DNA of 64,000 bases from Phallusia mammillata (GCA_965637545.1 OZ281498.1:12648001-12712000), one strand, 5' to 3'. Numbered from the stretch's first letter, positions 1 through 9,680 are shown. Notes: a model not told the origin generated them from the sequence alone. Numbers and translations are program-made.

Positions 1-19
1 CAACTTCTGTGGGAGTGCT

Positions 20-415
20 GTACAGGCGTTTTCGTCCACCAGGTTGCATATTTAACAAAAATGTCGTTCAACTGGTGTTAATGTTAAACAAAAATACTAG
101 TTGTTTCTATCCATAACTTGTATTTTCGCTGACGTTTCGTCCACCAGAACGGTAGGACTTCTTCAGAGCAATGAATGACGAATGCAAGCAACAAGCGAAA
201 GGCGCAAGAACAGCGTGATACCATGAAAAATAATTATATTATAACAAAGGCCATCCGAAAAGAGTAGCGTCCATTGCAAAACGATGAAGCGGCACTAATG
301 TCCGAAATTTGATGGATTGGTCGGGCGTCTTGGGTGGATTCCTTTTCAAACCGTTGGTACATCGAGCTGTCCCCTAGGAGCGATTGAGCCTAAGTTCGTA
401 ATGTAGTCTATCCAA
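20..415 (-). mobile_element. Degenerate Penelope-like retroelement fragment (short RT N-terminal remnant joined to a terminal repeat carrying a hammerhead ribozyme)
   Basis: Minus strand ~410-325 reads, with two frameshifts, DYITNL/AQSLLGDSSMYQR/LKRNPPKT, resembling the DY..K...LL.D...Y..L...P segment upstream of Penelope RT domains. It is followed on the same strand by a minimal hammerhead motif (126-171). Boundaries are approximate. Confidence 0.6.
126..171 (-). ncRNA. Minimal type I hammerhead ribozyme (Penelope-associated type)
   Basis: Minus strand: uugcu-CUGAAGA-a-GUCC-uaccguucuggu-GGAC-GAAAC-GUC^agcga. Core CUGANGA and GAAA are intact; stem II GUCC/GGAC (extended by ACC/GGU); stem I uugcu/agcga; loopless palindromic ACGU helix III. 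Predicted cleavage between 131 and 130. Confidence 0.8.
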
Positions 416-853
416 ATCTGATGTGGTTTCGCTGATATGAAACCTCATAAAGCTGATACCAAATGTAATGAAGATTTAACGAGCTTTTAACAACAACCAA
501 ACTTTTATAAAAATAAGAGTAGTTTAGATTTTCTTTGCGTTTCCGGGTGTATTCCTTTCCGAAATTGGAAGAGTTAGCATTTAAAATGACGTAACAGGCG
601 TGATCGTGACATTACCAACCACAGTAACCACTGAAGCAGACTTAAAATCAATGGTCATGTAACAAATCGCATGTTTTGAATAAACAAGCGAAGAAATGAT
701 TCTATTTAAGGACCCAATGGTCTAAAAACTTAATCGATGCGCACTGGGTCTGTTCTGTAACCTATATCGCTTGTATGGAAATGTCTATTTTTTGTTAAAT
801 ATATTTGTCTTGTGTAGAACTTTGCTTAGTACTTGGAAGGTAAATTACTAAAA

Positions 854-3442
854 ATGGTTCTTCATCAACCAATATTATATTTTGAATGTGTTGATGCTGT
901 TTATGGAAGCTGCCGATCTCTGCCTCACAACAACAGGACTATGTACTGCTTGAATGCATGTGAACATATTCTTGGTTCAGTTCTTCGTCGCCATTGTGAC
1001 AGCAAGGGTAGAGAAAAGGTCCCTGCACAAACAGCTTTAATTCTGCATGAAATTGGACGTGTATACAGACTAAGAAGTCCTGACAAGATTAGTTTAATAA
1101 AAGCGGTTGTTCTGTTTAATGCCGCCCTTGTAAGGAAACCATCCAACGAGAATCAAATTAGAAACGATCTTTGTGAAATATGCTGTCACATTTTGGAACT
1201 TGCTGGTGCAAAACAAAAATCCGCCGATTTTACAATAGAAGTGAAAGCAATCAGTGAAAAAATGAAACAACTACGTAACTATGTTGCTGAAAACTTAATA
1301 CACTTAAAACCAGTTCATGAGTTGTGTTTGAATGAACCAAGAGCAGCAATCTTGGAGGATATTCAAAACCATCTAACATGTGGATATATTGATGCAATGA
1401 AACATATCATGGACTTTTGTGTCCACGCAATTGGAAGTCCTCCATGCGAGTATGCTTTGATTGGAATGGGGTCATTAGCAAAACGGGAAATAACGCCATA
1501 TTCAGATTTTGAAAGTTTCATTGTTTTGGAAGACCTAGACTATATTTCTGACGAATCCTATTCAGCGATCCTTAACTATTTTCGATGGACGGCGGTAATA
1601 TTTCAAATTGTTTTGGTTTGTATGGGTGAAACACTCACACGGTTTATGTGCATACGATCTCTTAACAACCCAACTCATCCTGGGGGTGATTGGTTTTATG
1701 ATGCTTTTACTCCATGTGGCATCTCCCCAGACGGTTTTGCCCCACAGGCAAGCAAAAATCCACTTGGGCGACAGGAAATGACTTTGGATAAACCTTGGAT
1801 AACTGAATTAATCAAACCGGTCAGTAAAATGCTTTTGTATTTGAAGCCACGACAAAACCTCAAGAATGGGTACCATCTTGCAGAAATGCTAACCCAGACA
1901 TGCTTTGTGGCTGGAAACAAAAATGTTTATGACAGCTATTGCGCAGGAGTGGAACAAGCATTTTTGCGATCAGACATGGATGCTGCAATAATGGAAATTG
2001 GCAAATATCTAAAACCTCTTCACACATTAACACGACTTCCGTCTGTACAAGACTTCAAGAAGTTTGACATGAAAAGAGTTATTTATCGAAGCACTACCTT
2101 GTTCATCTTGGCTATGAGAAGATTCTTTAAAGTTCGTGCTTTAGCATCATTTGATGTTGTCAGAGAGCTTGAGAGAAGACAAATTATTCCTTACAAATTT
2201 GCCCAAGATCTTGTATATGCTGTTGCGCTTGCATGCGAAGTTCGTCTTAAGATTTACAACCAACAAAACTCACAGGATGATCGGGTTGACACCATGAAAG
2301 ATAAAATGCAAACGACAATTGTATCAATAATGGGCAAGCAAGCTGCCATAATGTACTTTCGAATCGCCTGTCAGATTCAGCACTACATAGGAATTTTGAC
2401 AAATCGAATTCGAACAAGTGTTTCGTACAAAAAGGAAATATTGAAAGTTCAACTGACCGAGGTTTACATTCGCTACTCCCTGTGTCTTTATCAAGAAAGT
2501 TTGGAAATGTGTGATGTGTTTGGTTGGCTGACGAAAGAGCAATTCAAATGCGAGCCACAAATAATGTTTCTTGTTGGGTCGTGTTATTATAAACTTAAGG
2601 ACTACGACAAGGGATTACTGTTTCTGCAACGAGCAGAAGCAGACTTTGTGCCTGAAACTTCAGGAAACGACAAACTTTTGTGTCAAAAGATGATTATGCT
2701 TTGCTACGGGAAACAAGGAGTTGGGAACGTTGTAATTGAGAAGTTGTTCAAGAGCATCAAAACAATGATGGATCTCCCGGGCGAAAATTTAAACTTTTAC
2801 AAGACATTTTATATCAAAAAAGATGAACTTACCAATCGCAAAGACTTCATCAACCACCACGTTATTGCAAAACGCGAACATTTCTTTGGCAGCTGGTGTT
2901 ATAATATTCTAAGGGTCGATGAAGCTCTTGTGCACTTTGAACGTGAACTACAACTTCGATGCTTGCTCACATGCGACGCTTCAAGAGATAAATCTATTGC
3001 AGCTTGTCATCTAAGCATTGCTCTCTGTTTGGTTTTTAAAAACGAAATGCAGAGGGCTGTACCTCACATTAATGCATGCAGGAGCATTTATAAGGAACTG
3101 TGTTGGAAGGTTGGCATCAATAAACTATGTAAGGTGGAGTTTATTTTGGGCAGAACGTTCACGGCTCAAAAACTGCACCAATCAGCTTTGGATTGTTACA
3201 AGCGTGAGTTGCATTTTCGCAAGGAGATAGTAACAAATGAGGTTGACATCTATCCCTGGGATTTTCTAAGTCTTGGAACGTGCCATCTAAATATTGCTTT
3301 TGAAAGTTTTTACCTTAAAAAAGTTAAAGATAGCTATAGTCATGCCAAACAGGCTGAAGCGAATTACCTGCTGGCAAGGGTTCCTGATGCAATCTTGCAG
3401 GTTTGTCGGACTGTTATTCAAGCGAGCGAAGCACACTTGTAA
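854..3442 (+). CDS. Intronless nucleotidyltransferase (Pol-beta superfamily, GlnD/GlnE/DUF294-like) plus TPR repeat protein, copy A, 862 aa
   Basis: First ATG at 854 (the ORF track starts at TTG 833). Motif IGMGSLAKREITPYSDFESFIVL (~1460-1530) fits hGS-x10-DhE. A later GISPDG is a candidate third carboxylate. FDMKRVIYR...ASFDVVREL...ALACEVRLKIY resembles the helical substrate-binding domain following DUF294/GlnD NTases. TPR-like helices lie at the N-terminus (TALILHEIGRVY) and C-terminus (IAACHLSIALCL, FILGRTF, LSLGTCHLNIA). Confidence 0.85.
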   Translation: MVLHQPILYFECVDAVYGSCRSLPHNNRTMYCLNACEHILGSVLRRHCDSKGREKVPAQTALILHEIGRVYRLRSPDKISLIKAVVLFNAALVRKPSNENQIRNDLCEICCHILELAGAKQKSADFTIEVKAISEKMKQLRNYVAENLIHLKPVHELCLNEPRAAILEDIQNHLTCGYIDAMKHIMDFCVHAIGSPPCEYALIGMGSLAKREITPYSDFESFIVLEDLDYISDESYSAILNYFRWTAVIFQIVLVCMGETLTRFMCIRSLNNPTHPGGDWFYDAFTPCGISPDGFAPQASKNPLGRQEMTLDKPWITELIKPVSKMLLYLKPRQNLKNGYHLAEMLTQTCFVAGNKNVYDSYCAGVEQAFLRSDMDAAIMEIGKYLKPLHTLTRLPSVQDFKKFDMKRVIYRSTTLFILAMRRFFKVRALASFDVVRELERRQIIPYKFAQDLVYAVALACEVRLKIYNQQNSQDDRVDTMKDKMQTTIVSIMGKQAAIMYFRIACQIQHYIGILTNRIRTSVSYKKEILKVQLTEVYIRYSLCLYQESLEMCDVFGWLTKEQFKCEPQIMFLVGSCYYKLKDYDKGLLFLQRAEADFVPETSGNDKLLCQKMIMLCYGKQGVGNVVIEKLFKSIKTMMDLPGENLNFYKTFYIKKDELTNRKDFINHHVIAKREHFFGSWCYNILRVDEALVHFERELQLRCLLTCDASRDKSIAACHLSIALCLVFKNEMQRAVPHINACRSIYKELCWKVGINKLCKVEFILGRTFTAQKLHQSALDCYKRELHFRKEIVTNEVDIYPWDFLSLGTCHLNIAFESFYLKKVKDSYSHAKQAEANYLLARVPDAILQVCRTVIQASEAHL

Positions 3443-4351
3443 AGGTGTTGACGTTTTTTTGATACTTTTTAGAAACGTACAATGATCTTTTTATTGTCGG
3501 TCGACTTGACAAACATGTTTACAGGATTGTACGAACGGTTGCCAATGTGTTCACAGAAACGAATGAAAGCTAACATTTAGATATATACGTTAACTAGACA
3601 TGTTTCCAAAACCATAGGTTGTTTACTCCTGATCCACACTGTGGTAGCACTTTTTTCCTACTACGGTAGTTGTAGCATTACGGTCTTCCTAACAGCGTAA
3701 CTGCGTGGCTGGGTAACATAGCTGACAGGAAGTGATCAGGGCAGCATACCAACCAACAGGCTTATTAGTCTTGCTTGTGTTTTGGAAAAAGTTGTTATGA
3801 AGACTAATTTATGCACTTGTGCTTCTAAAATTTGTTGTACGTTAATATTCGTGATTCTGTTTATGTTTAACATAATTACGTAGTTAATAGAAAATAAATA
3901 AACATAAAATTCCGACAACGTTTCTTGGATTCTGGACCAATAAAGTCGCTCCAGTTTCCAATGTTGTTTTGCCTCATCGTGCACTAAACAAAGGGTTAGT
4001 TACTGTAAATGCAGGGTTTCTTTACTTAGTGTGTTTACTTCCACCTCCTGTGTATAAAATTAGGACTGGCTTGCAGGTTTTTGGCACCAATACGCGACGT
4101 CTTCCCGACGTCATTCGGCGCCAGTTTCACACAACTCTCTACTTTGTCAACGGTTTGATTTCAGCAACTGATATAGCTTTAGAGGGTATTGATAAAAAAA
4201 AACGATAGAAGTGGGGACAGGCATAATAGTAGTTACACAAACCAATTGGTTTTCCAGGTTTAAAATCAGATGGCAGTATTAATGTTTTTGTAATTTGCAA
4301 ATTTCAGCCGCTTGTAAAACTTTGTAGAAACAGTTTTGTGACAAAAAAACA

Positions 4352-5353
4352 ATGAATTTGCAAGCTTGCATTTTTCTCTGCTGCTGTTCACTGGAAGCAC
4401 AATTTCAACTTCCTTCATATAATGTGGACCAAGATCACATTACAATTAGTGGTTTCTCATCTGGAGGCTACATGGCAGTACAAATGCATGTGTCTTACTC
4501 GGCAACTTTTAGAGGCGTTGGAGTTATATCCGGGGGCCCATACCATTGTGCGTGGTCAGTTCCTGAAAGTGAACGTACATTCCCAGAGCTGGCCAATCCT
4601 CAAATTATCAACGTTACAAAAATTCAGGCAATAGCAGAAGGGCTATCAGAAAAAGGTCAAATCGATTCATTGGAACAACTTAAATCCACAAAAGTATTTT
4701 TGCTTGCTGGAAGCCTGGATACTTTAATTGTACCAGAAGTAGTGGAAAAAACAAGACAGTTCTACACCAAGTTTGTTAAAGACTCGAATATACATTTTGA
4801 AGAAATAAGAAGCGTGCACTGCTTTCCTACCATGAACTATGGTGCAGAATGCGAAGTCGATCACGTAAAGTTGATAAACAATTGTGCATACAATGCGGCT
4901 TTCAAGATTTTAAACCACATCGAGACGAATATTATTGAACCTCAAATGGAAACTACATCCACAGCACCACTTAGATTCAACATTAGTGAAACATTGTTAA
5001 CTTGGGTCAATCTGACAGCTATCGGTATGGACGAGATAGCTTATGTGTTTGTTCCTGACCAATGCAAATCACGGTCAATTAGATGTAAGCTGCACGTTGC
5101 ATTGCATGGCTGCACGCAAGGTGTATCAACCATCGGTGAGGACTATGTGCTTTATACTGGATATAACGAAGTTGCCGAAGCAAACAACATGATAATTTTG
5201 TATCCACAAGCAAAGATTATTCCAGATGTTAATCCATTTGGTTGCTGGGATTGGATGGGAACCACAGGTCCGTTATACGCAACTAAACAAGGGCCACAGA
5301 TACTAGTAATTATGAAACTTGTTCAACACCTAACTGGGATTACTATTTTGTAA
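4352..5353 (+). CDS. Secreted polyhydroxybutyrate (PHB/PHA) depolymerase-like serine hydrolase, extracellular type with N-terminal lipase box, intronless CDS, 333 aa
   Basis: Signal-peptide-like N-terminus MNLQACIFLCCCSLEA. Lipase box ITISGFSSGGYMAVQMHV. Candidate catalytic Asp (GSLDTLIVP) and His (SVHCFPT). Oxyanion motif LHVALHGCTQ, then ANNMIILYPQA and NPFGCWDW. This motif order matches fungal/bacterial extracellular PhaZ. AATAAA at 5403-5408. Confidence 0.88.
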   Translation: MNLQACIFLCCCSLEAQFQLPSYNVDQDHITISGFSSGGYMAVQMHVSYSATFRGVGVISGGPYHCAWSVPESERTFPELANPQIINVTKIQAIAEGLSEKGQIDSLEQLKSTKVFLLAGSLDTLIVPEVVEKTRQFYTKFVKDSNIHFEEIRSVHCFPTMNYGAECEVDHVKLINNCAYNAAFKILNHIETNIIEPQMETTSTAPLRFNISETLLTWVNLTAIGMDEIAYVFVPDQCKSRSIRCKLHVALHGCTQGVSTIGEDYVLYTGYNEVAEANNMIILYPQAKIIPDVNPFGCWDWMGTTGPLYATKQGPQILVIMKLVQHLTGITIL

Positions 5354-6103
5354 ATCATTCTCAGTTTCAGTCTGTAACATACAACCTGTGGCAGAATTTG
5401 TAAATAAATAATCGTCAATACAAAATTAGTGAAACCAAGGTAGTAACGTTAAATTGTTTTTTTGTGTAAACATTTTCCTTTAGATTTTATATAAATAATA
5501 AAATATGTCGACTTTTCTCCTGTTAGTCTATACAATTGAGTTGGGCCTCAGGGATGGAACACACAATGTAACATGCGAGAAACACAATATTTTGGTTTAG
5601 GACCACTGATAAACTCTAATTTTTGTCCACACAGTCATTTTTGTCACATGTTTTTTACATGACAATAAAAATGACCTGTATATACTTTTACAATGGTGCC
5701 TTTGTTGGAATGCTTATTGATTGCCAACTATAATTGCCGAAAATACAACGAGAAACGTGTCATACGGAAAATTTCCAACCTTATTTTCAACTTGTTTACA
5801 CTGTTACTGATCGAAGTTTTGTTGCTGCAACTTTGATAGGCGCAATAAATGTAGCTTAAATTTGTGTTGATGCTCCACAGATAGTAAAAAATATGACCAA
5901 GATAGGTTTGGTTTATATTTTAACATACAAAAGTATATACTTACCGATAGGCCGTTGCAATAGGGACTTGTGATGCAGTTTTGTTTAAAGAAAAAAAAAT
6001 AAGGACTTGTTTCTGGAAAAATAAACTTCGGTAGAAGAAGATCAAACGCCTAATTTTTATTTTTAAACTTGTTTCCGTCTTTTTTCTCTAATTTAGTGTA
6101 GCG

Positions 6104-6822
6104 CAGGGTTCTTCAACCTTTTTAGCTCAATCGCCCGCTTTCCAAGGCACGGACTCCTAATCGCCCCCCTATGAGATTGTTATTTGTATAAAATTTCGGC
6201 CTTTTGAGCAGATTTGGGTGGTTAGATTCACCTAGCACAGCGAAAGCTTCAGTCAACACCTAATTTAATTGCTACTACAACACGCAAGGTCCATTTCACG
6301 CAATTCAAACGCATCTGAGAACAATTTGTTACATCATAGACAAAACAATATTACGATTATGCGCAAACAATCGCTTTCTTTTGTTGACAACAATAGAGCA
6401 TTACTCGGCAGAGATGAATCCTAAATGATGCAAATACTTCGCGGTTTGGGGAGCGCTTGTAGGCCTTTAGGTAGAGTAAAAGCGAAAAAAGTTCAAGGTG
6501 AAGATTGTTGCCGTTGTATTTGAAAGTATGGGCTGTCACTATACATAGCCGCAATAAAGTGTCCCATGTGGCTAATTAAATGCCTAACCTTGGTTTCGAG
6601 ATCACAATGTATTCAAATAGCAGCACGTTTAATCTAATGTGTCCATTGTCCCTGGTGTTTGTTTGCAAGACGAATTATATCTACTTGTAAGTCAAAGTTA
6701 GCTGAGTCTCACAGTTATGGTACATATTTATACAATCAGTAATGTTGAAATCACCCTCTTTTGAAGTTAAATCGTCCCCCAACTTCCAAAATTGTCACCA
6801 TCGCCCCCGTTGAAGAACCCTG
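6104..6822. mobile_element. Non-autonomous hAT (Charlie/Buster-like) DNA transposon / MITE, 719 bp
   Basis: 14-bp TIRs CAGGGTTCTTCAAC / GTTGAAGAACCCTG; 8-bp TSD gtgtagcg (6096-6103) vs gtctagcg (6823-6830), 7/8 match; repeated subterminal ATCGCCC motifs. Confidence 0.9.
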
Positions 6823-6928
6823 GTCTAGCGTGACTTCAAACAACATGGTAAAAGCATTTTTTTTAAAATAAAGAGAACATCGAAGCATACTTTTTAGACG
6901 ACAAAAATTTTAATCTATTGAAACTACT

Positions 6929-9497
6929 TTACAAACGAGTTTTACATGTTTCAATAACAGTCCGACAACCCTGTAAGATTGCATCAGGAACGTTTGCAAG
7001 CAGATAATTTGTTTCAGCCTGTTTAGCATGACCGAAGCTATCCTGAAACATATTCAGAAAATAGTACTCAAAGGCGATGTTTTGGTGACATGTTCCAAGA
7101 TTTACCAAATCTGTTGGAAATGCATCAATATTTTTTGTTGTTTATCTCCTTACGAAAACGTAACTCACGCTTGTAACAATCCAAGGCTGATTGGTGTAGT
7201 TTTTGCGTCGAAAACGTTCTACCCAAAATAAGCTCCACCTCACATCGTTTATTGATGCCAACCTTTTTACACTCCTTATAAATGTTTCTACATGCATTAA
7301 TGTGAGGTACAGCCCTCCGCATTTCGTTTTCGAAAACCAAACAGCGAGCGATGCTTAAATGACAAGCTGCAATAGATTTATCTCTTGAAGTGTCGCATGT
7401 GAGCAAGCATCGAAGTTGTAGTTCACGTTCAAAGTGCACAAGAGCTTCATCGAACTTGAAAAAATCATAACATCAGCTGCCAAACCAATGTTCGCGTTTT
7501 GCAATAACGTGGTGGTTAATGAAGTCTTTGCGATTGGTAAGTTCATCTCTATTTGAAATAAAGTTTTTAAAAATTCCAACTTCCCTGTGATACACCATCA
7601 TTTTTTTAAGACAGTTGCTTGAATTTTCTTGATCTCCTTGTTTCTCATAACAAAGCATAATCATGTTTTGACACAAAAGTTTGTTGTTTCCTGAAGTTTC
7701 AGGCACAAAGTCTGCTTCGGCTCGTTGCAGGAAAAGTAATCCCTTGTCGTAGTCCTTAAGTTTATAATAACACGAACCAACAAGAAACACTATTCGTGGT
7801 TCGCATTTGTACTGCTCTTTCGTAAGCCAACCAAACACATCACAAATTTCCAAACTTTCTTGATAAAGGCACAGGGAGTAGCGAATGTAAACCTCGGTCA
7901 GTTGAACTTTCAATACTTCTTCTTTGTACGAAACACTTTTTCGAATTCGATTTGTCAAAATTCCTATGTAGTGCTGAATCTGACAGGCGATTCGAAAGTA
8001 CATTATGGCAGCTTGTTTGCCCATTATTGATACAATCGTCGTTTGCATTTTATCTTTCATGGCGTCAACCCGATCATCCTGTGAGTTTTGTTGGTTGTAA
8101 ATCTTAAGACGAACTTCGCATGCAAGCGCAACAGCATATGTAAGATCTTGAGCAAATTTGCAAGGAATAATTTGTCTTCTCTCAAGCTCTCTGACAACAT
8201 CAAATGATGCTAAAGCACGAACTTTAAAGAATCTTCTCATAGCCAAAATGAACAAGGTAGTACTTCGATAAATAACTCTTTTCATGTCAAACTTCTTGAA
8301 GTTTTGAACAGAGGGAAGTCGTGTTAATGTGTGAAAAGTTTTCAGATCGTTGTTTACCTCAGTTAAAACAGCATCCATGTTTGAATGAAGAAATGCTTGT
8401 TCCACTCCTGTGCAATAGCTGTCATAAACATTTTTGTTTCCAGCCACAAAGCATGTCTGGGTTAGCATTTCTGCAAGATGGTATCCATTCTTGAGGTTTT
8501 GTCGTGGCTTCAAATACAAAAGCATTTTGCTGACAGGTTTGATTAATTCAGTTATCCAAGGTTTATCCGAAGTCATTTCCTGTCGCCCAAGTGGATTTTT
8601 GCTTGCCTGTGGGGCAAAACCGTCTGGGGAGATGCCACATGGAGTAAAAGCATCATAAAACCAATCACCCCCAGGATGGGTTGGGTTGTTAAGCGATCGT
8701 ATGCACATAAACCGCGTGAGTGTTTCACCCATAGAAACCAAAACAATTTGAAATATTACCGCTGTCCATCGAAAGTAGTTAAGGATCGCTAAATAGGATT
8801 CGTCAGAAATATAGTCTAGGTCTTCCAAAACAATAAAACTTTCAAAATCTGAATATGGCGTTATTTCCCGTTTTGCTAATGAACCCATTCCAACCAAAGC
8901 ATACTCACATGGAGGACTTCCCATTGTGCGGACACAAAAGTCCATGATATGTTTCATTGCGTCAGTATATCCACATGTAAGGTGGTTTTGAATATCCTCT
9001 ATAATTTTTGTTTCTGTCGTCTGTTCTTTCAAACACAGCTCATGCAGCGACTGTAAGTGTTTAGCAACATAGTTGCGTAGTTGTTTCATTTTTTCACTGA
9101 TTACTTTCACTTCTATTGTAAAATCGGCGGATTTTTGTTTTGCACAAGCAAGTTCCAAAACATGACAGCATATTTCACGAAGATCTTTTCTGATTTGTTT
9201 CTCGTTGGATGGTTTCCTTACAAGGGCGGCATTAAACAGAACAACCGCTTTTATTAAACTAATCTTGTCAGGACTTCTTAGTCTGTAAACACGTCCAATT
9301 TCATGCAGAATTAAAGCTGTTTGTGTAGGGGCCTTTTCTTTACCCTTGCTGTCACAATGGCGACGAAGAACTGAACCAAGAATATGTTCACATGCATTTA
9401 AGCAGTACATAGTACTGTTGTTGTGAGACAGAGATCGGCAGCTTCCATAAACAGCGTCGATGCATTCAAAATATAGAATCGGTTGGTGGAGAACCAT
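6929..9497 (-). pseudogene. NTase-TPR paralog, copy B: truncated or pseudogenised (open 9497-7473, 674 aa; relic C-terminus continues to 6929)
   Basis: ATG at 9497 aligns with the ATG of copy A. In-frame TGA at 7473-7475 where A has TGG (HWFGS*CYDF vs HFFGSWCYNI). The frame then continues (VHFERELQLRC...) until a +1 frameshift near 7135-7145, after which IDAFPTDLVNLGTCHQNIAFEYY...CRTVIETCKTRL* ends at TAA 6929-6931, collinear with the end of A. Confidence 0.85.
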
Positions 9498-9540
9498 GTC
9501 TAATGCAACAGGCAATATATTTCCAAGTTTCACATATATT

Positions 9541-9680
9541 TTGTGCTCTGCCGCTGTAATTTTAAAATCAAATCCATACCAAACACAAAACCTCCCTGTG
9601 TACAGATCAAACCTACGTAGCGACTGTTTCCGCAACGTAAGTCATTATTTAAACCCACGTATTATTTTGTCACAGTTGTA
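9541..9680 (-). promoter_or_regulatory. Upstream element of NTase-TPR copy B, homologous to 13245-13385 (candidate core promoter/5' UTR)
   Basis: Collinear identical blocks shared with 13245-13385: acaaaacct, cctgtgtacag (9595-9605), actgtttccgcaacgtaa (9623-9640), ttattttgtcaca (9662-9674). Regulatory function is inferred from position only. Confidence 0.55.

Noticed and set aside
1696-1920. 74-aa antisense ORF nearly identical to 8434-8658
   Set aside because: Shadow of the duplicated NTase core on the opposite strand; conservation is explained by the sense gene.
7473-7475. TGA as selenocysteine, programmed readthrough or alternative genetic code
   Set aside because: Aligns to Trp not Cys, the context TGA-TGT is not a strong readthrough motif, a downstream frameshift breaks the frame anyway, and TGA is used as a true stop in the NXPE gene.
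9498-9635. 46-aa N-terminal extension of copy B in the ORF track
   Set aside because: Starts at TTG, has no counterpart in copy A, and overlaps the upstream element shared with NXPE; the true start is probably ATG 9497.
833-9635. Bacterial contamination as the source of the intronless genes
   Set aside because: Region is interleaved with animal-type hAT and Penelope elements, shares an upstream element with the spliced NXPE gene, and has similar base composition and a polyA signal; read-level confirmation is still advisable.
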